DNA of 64,000 bases, from positions 60,016,001 through 60,080,000 of the forward strand of contig OX597824.1 of the NCBI GenBank assembly GCA_951406725.2, given 5' to 3'. This stretch comes from Octopus vulgaris. Taxonomy: Eukaryota. Below are positions 40,901 to 53,568 of this stretch, one piece after another (the stretch's first letter is position 1; every line of letters begins with the position of its first letter). A model generated the notes under the pieces. It saw nothing but the letters and a program-made list of their open reading frames with translations. It made no database searches and was not told where the DNA came from. Made by a program: the position numbers and the translations under genes.

Positions 40901-42344
40901 GCCAGTTACTATGTTACAAGTTATTCCATTATCTGCTTACTCAGTTTTCTAGTTACTCATCCCATACAGAATAGATGGTTCTGACCAATAATCGGAAAAT
41001 AATGAGGTAGACCTAATGAAGTTCTGTAGAAGGGTGAATCACTCTGTTCTGGGTGGCACCTGGTTATACTTGCACTTTTAATCATTAAAGTTGATTATAG
41101 ATGTTCAACATCAACAGTAATTTTAATAATAATAACATACTGCCATCACCACCACCACTGTCACCATTACTACTACTACTACCACTACTGTTTCCACAAC
41201 CACCACCACCACCAACAACATCAATCCAGTTAGTAATATTCAAATGACAGGATGTTACTAATTGGAATACCTTTAGTCATGAATCTGTCCAGTTAAGGCC
41301 AGCCTGTGGTTAAGCAACAACAGCAGTGGAGGCACAATAGCACAGTGGTTAGGGCAGTGGACTCGCAGTGGGAGAATCACGGTTTCGATTCTCAGACCGG
41401 GCATTGTGTGTGTTTATTGAGTGAAAACACCTAAAGCTCCACAAGGATCCAGCAGTGGGGTGGTGGCGACCCCTGTTGTACTCTTTCGCCCCAACTTTCT
41501 CTCACTCTTTCTTCTTGTTTCTTGTCCCCGCTGAGCCTGGATGCACATTCATTCATCTGTCGATGCTCTCGGTGTCAGGGGTTGACCTGCTTTCTCTTCT
41601 GCGGGCCTTACAAATAGCAAAGGACCACGTTTCGGACTTCTTCCATCTTGTGAGCTCTGGGATGAAGACCGTTCGCTCAACAGCAACAGCAACAACAGCA
41701 ATAACAACAGCAATATCAACAACAATCACTAATATATTTGACTATTTGTCATTCCAGGTTGATGAGGTCTGAGAATTTCAATTTAACCATTCAGTTCATA
41801 GAACAAGGAGTAGAAAATACATGTAAGTATATATTCCACTTGATTTTGTATTTTACTTTTATTTACAGTTTGCTACATGTTACTATGTTTATTGTCCCTC
41901 TTGTATTGTTGTATGTGGCAATGATATCCACCATGTTATTCGTTTGTGCTGTCCCATTTTATATTGTTACATGTGACAATGGTTTCTGCCAAAACAATAC
42001 CTGTGTTTTGCAACCCTTATGTTGCTACATGTGGCAGTGCTTTGTAACATGATACTGCATGTTTGTTGGTGTCTTCTATGTTGCTACATGTATCAGTGAT
42101 TTCCATCATTATACTACATGTATGTTGTTTCTTTTATGTTACTAACACTACATAATTGATTTACTTTGCTGATGGAAGGCTGAATATCACCCAATGAAAT
42201 GGCATGTTGTACAACAGTATGAAGCTATGTAATATTACATAATTATTATGCATTGTTGTATACATAACCACACTATTGAAACATACGTAGTGATGTTTTG
42301 AGCTATCCATTCTTATTTCTTTACTCTCTCTCTCTCTCTCTCTG

Positions 42345-42383
<39 letters not shown>

Positions 42384-45300
42384 TCATTATCATCATCATC
42401 GTTTAACGTCCATTTTCCCTGCTGGCATGGGTTGGATGGTTTGACTGGGGACTGGTAAGCCAGGAGGCCGCACCAGGCTTCAATCTGATCTGGTAATGTT
42501 TCTATAGCTAGATGCCCTTCCTAACACCAATCACTCTGAGAGTGTAGTAGGTGCTAGTTATGTGCCACCAGTATGGGAGCCAGTCAGGTGGCACTGGCAT
42601 CGTCCACGTTTGGATGATGCTTTTTATGTGCCATTGGCACAGGAACCAGTTGGGGAGGGGGTGGGGGATGGTATCGACCAAGTTTGGATGATGCTTTTTA
42701 CATGTCACCAGCACGGGGAGCCAGTCAGGCGGCTCTGGCAGCAACTCACAAATGAATGGTGTTTATTGCACGCCACCAGCACTGGTATCAGCCACAACAA
42801 CAATTTCCATTTGATTTTGATTTACTTGACTCAATAGGTCTCCTCAAGCACTGAATGTTGCCTGACGATTCAAAGATACTTTTTAAATGGACTGGTTATG
42901 CACTTATGTGACACTGGTGTAGGCTATGGCTGTGATCTCACTTTCCTTGCTGGGTCTTCTCAATCGCAGCATATCTCTAGAGGTCTCAGTCTTTTGTCAT
43001 TGCCTCTTTGAAGCCCAACGTTCGAATATTATGCTTCACTACCTTATCCCATGTCTTCTTGGGTCTCCCTCTTCCATGGGTTCGTTCTGCTGTTAGGGAG
43101 TGACACTTCTTCAGGCAGCTTTCCTCATCGATACGTAGCACATGACCATACCAGTGCAGTTGTCTCTCTTGCACATCACATCTGATGCTTCTTATGTCCA
43201 ACATTTCTCTCAGGGCGTTTACACTCTGTCATGTGTGCACACTGACATTACACATCCAGTGCATCATACTAGCCTCATTTCTTTCGAGCCTACACATGTC
43301 TTCAGCAGTCATGGCCCATGTTTCATGCCGTGTAGCATGGCAGCTTGCACACATGCATCATACAATCTACCTTTCACTCTGAGCAAGAGGCCCTTTGTTG
43401 CAGTAGAGGTAGGAGCTTTCTGAATTTTGCCCAGGCTATTCTTATTCTAGTGGCAATGCTCTCTGAGCATCCACTCCAACTATAGACTTGGTCACTTAAG
43501 TAGCGGAAGCTATCAACTACTTCTAGTTTCTCCCCCTGGCATGTGATGGAATCAGTTTTCTGAGCATCTGCAGTGCTTATTGCCCCTGTGCATCTGCTGC
43601 ACACAAAAGCTATCTTCCCAGTTAACCTTCCTTTGATGTTGCTGTACCCTTTATGTGTCCATAGCTTACACTGGGTAAATTTTATGGAGTTTCTACCTGC
43701 ACCTTTACTACAGATCAAGCAGGGTCATCTATCTGAAGGGGTTTGTGATGTGTTTGCCTTCCTATTTACTAGGACTTTGGTTTTTGCAACATTGACTCTG
43801 AGGCCCTTCGATTCTAAATCTTGCTTCCACATCTGAAATTTCTTTCAGATGTGGAAGTCCTCGTAGTGATTCCACTATGAGAGTAAGGTCATCAGCATAG
43901 AGGAGTTCCCAGGGGCAGCCTGTCTTGAATTCCTCTGTTATTGCCTGGAGGACTATGATGAATAAGAGGGAGCTGAGGGCTGATCCTTAGTGAACCCCTA
44001 CTTCTAACTCTGAATTCTTCACTATACTCATTGCTGACCCTTACCTTACTAGTAGCATCCCTGTACAGCTCTTATTACCCACTCATCAATCCCCAGTTTC
44101 TGCATCACCCACCAGATAAGGGATCGGGGGACCCTGTCGAAGGCTTTCTCCAAGTCAACAAAAGCTATGTAGAGTGGTTTATCTTTGGCTAGGTTTTTCT
44201 CCTGCAGTTGCTGTACCAGGAATATAGCACAAAACTGAACTGCATCTCATCTAAGCAGACTCTCTCCCTAATTAGTTGGGCTATGATCCTCTCTGTGATC
44301 TTCATCACCTGATCTAGCAGTTTGATACCCCTGTAGTTATGTCTATCCAAAGCATCACCTTTTCCTTTGTAGCAGTTGACTATGATGCTGCTATGGCAGT
44401 CATTGGGTATGACGCCTTCGTGAACTACCTGATTTACGATATGGGTGACTAGGCCATGACCCACACCACCAAAAATTTTAAGCACCTCAGCAGTGATTCC
44501 TGAGGGGCTGGGGCTTTTCCTGACTTCATATCCTTAATTGCTTTATCTACCAGGATGCTATCTATTCAGATAGCTGGTCCCTCTACTAGGTCAATATTTG
44601 GCAGGCTCTCCTCTTCCCATCCATTCTCCACATCCAGCAGCCTTTCATAATGACTTCTCCTAGCCTCTTTCTTTGCAGAATCATTAAAAGCATGTGCACC
44701 ATCATCCATGTGGACACATTTCTCTCTTGTGATATCACAATTTTCTCTCACACACTGTCTTGCAATCTGAAGTACTTCAGTTTGTTGGTCCTCACGTCAC
44801 TAAACATTGGCAAACTTCTTCTTTTCTGCTTCTCCCTTGGGTATGTATACCTGTCACCCAGATCCCTTCTGGCTATCTGGTACAGTTCCCTGCTAGCCCC
44901 ACTGTTCCAGGCTTTCCAGGCCTGTTTCTTTGCTCTAATGGCCTTGTCTACCATATTATTCCACCACCACGTTACTTTAGGTCTGAAAGGGACTTTGCAC
45001 CAGCTGCAGGTTTGGTCTGTGGTGCCTAATAAGCTGTCCCATAGGAATTTCCAGTTACCCTTTATATCCAAAGTCTCCTCCCTCTCATCAAATTTCTCAG
45101 TGAGGATGACCCTAAATCTCTGACCATGTGAAAAGTTCTTTAGCTTTCAAATCCTTCTTTTCTGGATTGGTCTGCTTCTTGGCATCCTTCTGGCTTCGAG
45201 TCTAAAGTCACTAATAACTAGTCTATGCTGGGGGGTACATTCTTCACCAGGGAGGGTCTTTGTATTTAAGAGCAACTTTGCATCCCGCTGTTTGGTGAGA

Positions 45301-48300
45301 ATGAAATCAATCTGGCTAGCAGAGTCACCTGATTGATAGGTTATCAGGTGGCTATCTGGATTCCTGAAGTTAGTGTTGCAGATTAATAGTTTGCATGCAT
45401 CACAGAACTCCAGTAGCCTAGTTCCTTCTTCATTTCAGGAATCAATTTCATGGTCCCTGTGAACACCATGGAAGATACCAGATTGCCATCTGACATGCCC
45501 AGCTGCAAAGATGAGGTCATTGCCACTCATCTTTGAGGTGACTTATAGAAGGGTGTCATAAAAGCAGTCCTTCTAATCATTTTGTAGGCCCGTTTGTAGG
45601 GCATAGACAGAGATAATTGTAGCTATACTATTCTGCAAGACTAGCTTGAGCTTAAGCACTCTATCACATACCCTGACTACCCATTTCTCCACAAGGAGAA
45701 TGCCTATACCCCTACTCCATCACTGTTACCTTCCCAGAAGATTTTATACATATGCACTTTGCCTTTGAGGACCCTGGCTGAAGCCCCTCTCCACCTTACT
45801 TCTTTTATGCAGCATACATCAACTTGTCTCCAATCAAGCATCTCTACAATCTCACTAGACCTACCTTTCAGTGTGCCTACATTGACATTGCCAACTCTAA
45901 AAATAGGGAAAGGAATGTATAAGGAGACATGGGGAGGGGAGATGTTATTCAGTGCCTGAAAAGAAGGTTTTCATGCTCATTTGACAGACATGCTACACTT
46001 GTTCTCACTGTTGACCAGTCACCATTCAAACATTCAAGCATGTTAAGATAGTTGCCCCTACTAGGGGTAGGAGTAGGAGTTAGCTGCACTGTAAGTATAA
46101 GCTTTATGGACATTGTAAAAACGTAAATTTAAGCATTCCAGGAGTTGAAAATATAAGTAAATCAATAAAGTTAGATAAAGAATAACAACAACAACAATGG
46201 GGGATGTTTAAAAAGAACTCCGGGGAACATTTAACATGTGAGAACAATAAAACAGTGCTCCGAAATCTATCCACAAACATCGGAAACAAAGACATCGCAT
46301 GGAGCCAAAAAATTGCTGACAAAGGATTGGACTATATCCGAGTAAGTAATACTCATTGAAATTTATTACTATTTTCTAAACGAAATGATGTATTTTAACT
46401 CGATATCATCTCCACCTCTCGTACAGCACAACATGTAAACATGCTTGATACATTACAATCCATCAACACCAGACCATCTCTGGCCCCAAACAACATGTAC
46501 AAAAAAACTACAAATAAATTAAATAATACCAGTATTATTCAACCCAAGAATAACAATTGGGAAATGCGTACTTTAAACTTGTCACACAAAAAGTACGAAA
46601 AACTACACATGCAAAACAATGTGACAACAGAAATGAACAGACCGGTACCCTATGAAAATGATGACCGTCAAAATAAAGGGACAGACGTTGTTCCTCATGT
46701 CCTGCAAATAAAACCAAAAAGGCATAAATGGACACGTGAGGAATATATTTCAATCCTACATGCTTACTTTACAGCAGTGCTCTACCCAAAGAACGAAAAC
46801 ACAACAACATATATATATAAAATATGGAAGAAAAATAACCTAATAAAGACTTGGATACATCAATGAACGCTAATAAACTAACTAACATAAGAAGATATAT
46901 TCTCAACACAAAAAATATCAGAAATAGAAATAGAACATTTAAAAGAAAAAAATACATCAGGAAAATGGAGATAGAAGCCACACAACAATACCAAATAATA
47001 TAAACACTGAGATAGTAAAAGATGAATACAAACGTAATGTTTCCAACGAAAATGAAGTAAACAAAAAACAACAAACCCAGACCGTAGGGATGCAAAATAA
47101 TATACAAAACATCACAGACAAACATACGAATGAGAAAGAAAACAAAACACATCTAAAACCTGGAAAGAACGAAGGGGAACCTAATGATTATGATACTATA
47201 AAAACTAGAATAATCAAAGAGCTGAAAACCACAGATCTCAGAATGGACCACCGACCATACCTCCCAAGAATAAAAATATACAACAAAACAACATCAACAA
47301 TAAACAGCATAAACCTGGCCATCACGGAACTAATAGCCACTGAAACAAATAGCAATATCACTGAGCTAAATGACATAATATATACAGCAGCCACTGCCAC
47401 CACAAAAGAAGCTGGATACTCCCTCAAACCCATCCAAACAGGAGTACCACCACCCAAACAAACCCTGTGGATAAATAACTTAAAATACAAAAAATGAGAA
47501 AAGATCTGTCGATTCTTAACGAAATTAGCAGACAATCAACGTTACTAAGCAACAAGAAGAAAACAAAAATACTGTGCAAATACAACATCACAGAAAAAGA
47601 TTTATCTGAGATAAAAGAAAAGCTAAAGCAAGATATCCTTGCCAAAGCACAAAGGATCCGCTGGTATGAGAAACGCCAACATTTCTTTGAACAAAAGTTA
47701 AGTTAAGTTAATTTTTTGGCTCAAAAAGCAAAAAGCAAGGCCATGTAGGGGGACATGGAGTTATGTACAGGGAGGGTGTTCATGCAAAGAGTTCAGGCCA
47801 TTTCTGGTCAAGAGAGACTTTGAACCGAGCGGTCGTCGGCATCTTCACTATCTCGTCCGGCAGATTATTCCACACATCTGCAACCCGGACAGAGAAAGCC
47901 CCTCTCCTTCGATTGAGATGAAATCGTCGCAGATAGAGCTTTTTGGAGTGACCCCGCAGCCGATGCTCTGGAGCAGGAGTGAAGAACAGTTCTTTCGAGA
48001 GGTTACACTTTCCGCTTATGATGTTGTGAGCAAGAATGAGATCACCATGGCGGCGGCGTTTTTCTAGAGAATAAAGGTCGAGCATCTTCAGCCTTTCTTC
48101 ATAAGACAAATGCTTGAGACCAAGAACCATGCGGGTAGCCAGCTTCTGGACTCTTTCGAGATGATGTATGTCTTTGAGGAGATAAGGAGAAGAGGCTTGA
48201 ATCCCATACTCCAATATGGGTCTCACCAGCGTGACATAGAGCAGTAGGAATATGGCTGCTGTGAGCATTCCGAATGACCGTCGAATCAAAAACAGAACTC

Positions 48301-51300
48301 CGCATGCTTTGTTGGCAGCATGGACGCACTGGGCCAAAGGCGAAAAGGAAGAATCTACCAAGATACCCAGGTCCTTTACCTGGTCGGTCTTCTCCAGCAG
48401 CAGACGACCCAGCTCGAAATCAAGTTGAGTTGCAGGAGAAGAGCCAACAGGCAGATGACAGCACTTTGACACATTCAGACACAGGTCCCATTCGTTAGAC
48501 CATCTCCAAACTTGGTGGAGGCATCGACGAAGATCATCTATATCACTGCGAGGAGTGACTAGTTTGACATCATCGGCAAATAAAAGAGTGTGTTGCGTAA
48601 GGTTGTTGGGCAAGTCATTTATGAAGACTAAAAACAATAAGGGCCTAAGCACTGAACCTTGAGGCACACCACTGCTCGCACTGGAGACGTTGGACAGCGA
48701 ACCATTAACTTGGAAGGAGCGATCTGAGAGGAAGGCACCAAGAGTTCAACTCCAACCCCAAAAAGTTGGCACCAACAGCAGAAAAAGTGGAAGAATTCTG
48801 GAAAGAAATATGGTCGGCAAAGAACTATTAAAACAGCAAACTTAGCACCTGAGCAACTCTGGACACCCATAACAACTGAAGAGGTCACTCAGGCACTGCA
48901 AAGACTAAGCAACTGGAACTTCTGGTTGAAATATCTGACAGGAATGCACAAAAAGCTGGCTGAAAACTTTAACGCCATTCTGGCTGAGCCAGAGACAATG
49001 ACTGAATAGCTCACGAAAGGGAAAACCATCTTAATTCCCAAATCCAATGAAACAGCGAAACCACAAAACTACAGACCTATAACCTGTCTCCCTACAATGT
49101 ACAAAGCCCTTACTGCAGTAATATCGCAAAGATTGAACAAGCACCTGGACGAAAATAACCTGTTCCCAGAAGAGCAGAAAGGATGCTGCAAGGGCTCATA
49201 TGGCTGTAAATATCAACTAATGATCAATAAAGCTATACTCTTTCTCTTTTTCTCTTTTACTCTTTTACTTGTTTCAGTCATATGACTGTGGCCATGCTGG
49301 AGCACCGCCTTTAATCGAGTAACTCGACCCCGGGACTTATTCTTTTGTAAGCCCAGTACTTATTCTATCGGTCTCTTTTGCTGAACCGCTAAGTAACAGG
49401 GACATAAACACACCAGCATCGGTTGTCAAGCAATGCTATGGGGACAAACACAGACACACAAACACACACACGTATACATATATATATATGCATATATACG
49501 ACAGGCTTCTTTCAGTTTCCGTCTACCAAATCCATTCACAAGGCATTGGTCGGCCCGGGGCTATAGCAGAAGACACTTGCCCAAGATGCCACGCAGTGGG
49601 ACTGAACCCAGAACCATATGGTTGGTTAGCAAGCTACTTACCACACAGCCACTCCTGCGCCTATAACTGAAGACAGCCGCAGAAAGAAAAAAGGTCTCAG
49701 TATGGCCTGGATTGACTACCGAAAGGCGTTTGATAGCATTCCCTACACGTGGATCCTTGAAACACTAGCCATTAACAAGGTAGCACCAACAATTATAAAA
49801 TACATAAGACACTCCATGAATAAATGGCAGACAGTGCTACAGCTCCAAACAAAAGAGGGACTCATGAAAAAAAAAGCCATCCCCATTAGAAGAGGAATAT
49901 TCCAGGGAGACACGCTCTCTCCACTACTTTTCTGCTTGGCACTGACACCTCTATCTGATATGCTAAATAGAACTGGATGTGGATACAAATGTTACGGCAA
50001 AATGATCAGCCACATTTTATATAAGGATGACCTAAAACCATACGCTACAAATGACAAACAGCTGAAAACACTACTACAGGCAGTTCATGGATTTACCAAA
50101 GAAATAGATATGAAATTTGGATTTGAAAAATGCGCCAAAGTAACCCTAAAAAGAGGGAAACTAGTTAAGAGTAGCAACATCACACTAGATAAAGCCAATG
50201 AAATAAGAGAATTAGACCAAAGAAATAATGAAGGTAACAAACAATGGTGACCTACATTGTGGGACATGTGAAATAATTGAACAGAGAACAACCAAATGAT
50301 TGAAGAATGGCAAAGAATTGAAATGTGAACAGGAAATGCAAAGCAAAAACACTCATCTACTGCATCACATGCCCACAATGCAATGAGAATTACATTGCAG
50401 AAACAGGAACAAAGCTAAACAATTGTGCAAATGTGAATAAACAGTAAATTAAAGATTAATCTTTTAGGAATGTCCTATGTTGGTAAGCATACTTTCTCTT
50501 TTTACTCTTTTACTTGTTTCAGTCATTTGCTGGAGCACCACCTTTAGTCGTACAAATTGACCCCAGAACTTATTCTTTGTAAGCCTAATACTTATTCTAT
50601 TAGTCTCTTTTGCCAAACCACTAAGTTATGGGGACATAAACACACCAGCATCGGTTGTCAAGCGATGTTGGGGGGACAAACACAGACACACAAACATATA
50701 CACACACATACATATATATATATTTGGTTGGCCCGAGGCTATAGTAGAAGACACTTGCCCAAGGTGCCATGCAGTGGGACTGAACCCGGAACCATATGGT
50801 TCATAAGCAAGCTACTTATCACCCAGCCACTCCTAAGCCTATTGACAATTGTGCAAATGCAAAATTCAAAATATCCCCTTTTAACAAAATAAAAGATGAA
50901 AATGATCATTTATGAAAGGTAAAAGAGGAATACTTTATAAGAATCCTAAAACTGAAACTAAACCAAAAATAGTCAACACCGTTACTAAAAACAACTTTTG
51001 TTTGAAAGAAAACAACAAACAAAATCACTAACACAAAAAATACACTCTATAGGAAGATTTCTTCCCCAGGCGTTGGAGTGACTGTGTGGTAAGTAGCTTG
51101 CCTACCAACGACATGGTTCCAGGTTCAGTCCCACTGCATGGCACCTTGCACAAGTGTTTTCAACTATAGCCTCAGGCTGAACAATGTGTTGTGAGTGGAT
51201 TTGGTAAATGGATACTGAAAGAAGCCCGTCATATATGTGTGTGTGTGTGTGTGTTTGTGTGTCTGTGTTTGTCCCCACTACCATCGCTTGACAACTAATG

Positions 51301-51524
51301 TTGGTGTGTGTATGTCCCCATGACTTAGTGGTTTGGCAAAAGAGCTTGATAGTATAAGTACTAGGCTTACAAAAATAAGTCCTAGGGCTGATTTGTTCGA
51401 CTAAAGGTGGTGCTCCAGCATAGCCACAGTCAAATGACTGAAACAAGTGAAAGAATAAAGGCCTGTGACATTCTGTTATATTAAATTTTTAAATAGTTAA
51501 TCAGTTTTCAAAAAATTCTCTTTT

Positions 51525-51558
<34 letters not shown>

Positions 51559-51849
51559 CTGTCTCCCCAAAAAGTGATAATTATCAGAAGTTCATTTTAA
51601 TGTGTATTTTTATAGCCCAGTTTTCTATGAAAGATGATGTACCATATCTTGAACCTATGAAAATAGAAAGAAAATTGTAAGTAATTATTAAATTAGATTA
51701 ATATAGCTAATTTTCATAATTTGATTAACATTTTGTAGTTAATAAATCTAGGAAGTTAAGGTGGCAACCTGGCAGAATCATTAGCATGCTGGGCAAAATG
51801 CCTTGCAGTATTTATACAAAATGCCTTGCATATATATATAATAGGTAGG

Positions 51850-51884
<35 letters not shown>

Positions 51885-53537
51885 CGTGAATCTAATTTAT
51901 GCACATCCACAAATTAGCACACATGTTGCTCCAATTTTAGGAGGACATTCGTCACGACCCTAGCTGTATTTTCTCCAAATTATTTTCCCCCGAGGCACCA
52001 GCGAATAGCAGTAAAAATAAATTTTCGACTATAACTTAACAATTTTCACGGCGGAGAAATTCACCATTGTTCATACAAGCATGAGTTAAGTCCCCTTCTA
52101 GCGACGGTGTAAAGAGAGAGAGAGAGAGATAACAGATTTTTTAAAATTTCGTCTTTTACTGAGTGATTGACAGGCAAAAACAGACAGACAGGTGTTGTTA
52201 TGTATGTATGTATGTATGTGTGAATGGCTTCAGTCACACACACGAACATGTCTGCGTACAAAACACATGTATGCAATGTGTGTGTGTGTGTTGCCCGTAT
52301 ATCTATATATACACAATATAAACGATATTTTCCGTTTCTCCACAACTAATTTCCAAATTAGCTGAATCTGTTGTTCTATTCGTAGCAATATATAGCTGGT
52401 CGTGCGTGAACATGGGCAAGAGCAGAGGTTACCAGAGAAAAAGACCTACGTGTTGACTGTAGACACGCTCCTTTGCAAATGATCAGCTATTATTTTGTAA
52501 ACGATGTTTTGAAACTGTCCATGTTTTTGAAAGGAGAGATCTGACACTTTTCAAACATAACATCTACCAATTTTGATGTATTTTGTTCAAACTTGATGCC
52601 AGCATTACTTAGGACTCATGGGATCTTTGAATGCTTTAAGTTCTCCAAAAATGAAAAAAAAACAAACAATTGATGAGCAGAAAAAATCAATAAAACGATT
52701 CCTTATGGGATTTTCCAATCAAATTGTCTGCAAAATTTCAGCCAAAAGTTTACCAATTTCAATGGATTTCACTCAAATTTGACGTCGATGTTACTTAGTT
52801 TGCTTTGAAGTAAAGAGCTTGATTAGTTTAATAATCCTAACTTAATCCCGAGCAAAGCCTGGCTATACTGTTAGTCTTTATTATTCTGGGTTCAAATTCT
52901 GCCAAGGAGTGAGAAAGAAGAAGAAGGAGGGGGAGTGAGTGAAATAACCACTTCCACTAACTATGGTGTCATGTGGTGTGTGGAACTGAGAGGTGAAGAG
53001 AGAGAGAGAGAGAGAAAATGTTTTGTAGATGTAATTTTAAAATCAAATAAATTCATTATTGTGACTGGAAGTGAAATAACTTAGCAAAGTAGCCATGGTT
53101 GTTATTTTTTTAAAATTTACCATAGAATTGAAACTAAACATGTTAATAAAAACATTGCGTATGTTCTCTATATCATTTTGTGTATGTTAATTGTATATAA
53201 TGTAGAGTAATTATCATAAGATACTATGTAATAAGGAATATGCAATCATATAGTGATCTTGCAGTTTCATCAGAATTAAATGCTAATGAATGGTTTGTAT
53301 ATTAAGTATTGTATAGATTGTTATTGGACATTTTTTTTATCATTTATTGCACAGACAACAATAAGGCTTATATGCAACAAAAAATACAAATCACCCTTTC
53401 TTTCATAAATAGCTTGTCTTTACTTTTTTCATTCCTTGGGATTTCTACCAGTCCTGCCAGTATATCGCATGTGTGTGTGTATATACAAATGTATATATAT
53501 ATATATATACATTCGTATACACATACACACAAATGTG

Positions 53538-53568
<31 letters not shown>

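Larger units (their letters stand above)
46190..50221 (+). mobile_element. R4/Dong-clade non-LTR retrotransposon (5-prime region plus RT), 3-prime truncated, carrying two nested insertions
   Basis: N-terminal RHKWTREEY..., KEKLKQDILAKAQRIRWYEKRQ, NYRPITCLPTMYK, EEQKGC.KGSYGCK.QLMINKAI, MAWIDYRKAFDSIP, RRGIFQGDTLSPLLFCLAL and HILYKDDLK. Confidence 0.88.

Noticed and set aside
41328-41402. tRNA-like sequence (also the heads at 51068 and 61568)
   Set aside because: No closed cloverleaf; each continues into a SINE body, so these are SINE heads and not tRNA genes.
46020-46440. HDV-like ribozyme expected at the 5-prime ends of the RTE or R4/Dong elements
   Set aside because: I could not trace a nested double pseudoknot by eye; an RNAMotif or Infernal search would be needed.
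47780-48667. Longest ORF (295 aa) as a host gene
   Set aside because: It is a 5-prime-truncated CR1 reverse transcriptase nested in another retroelement.
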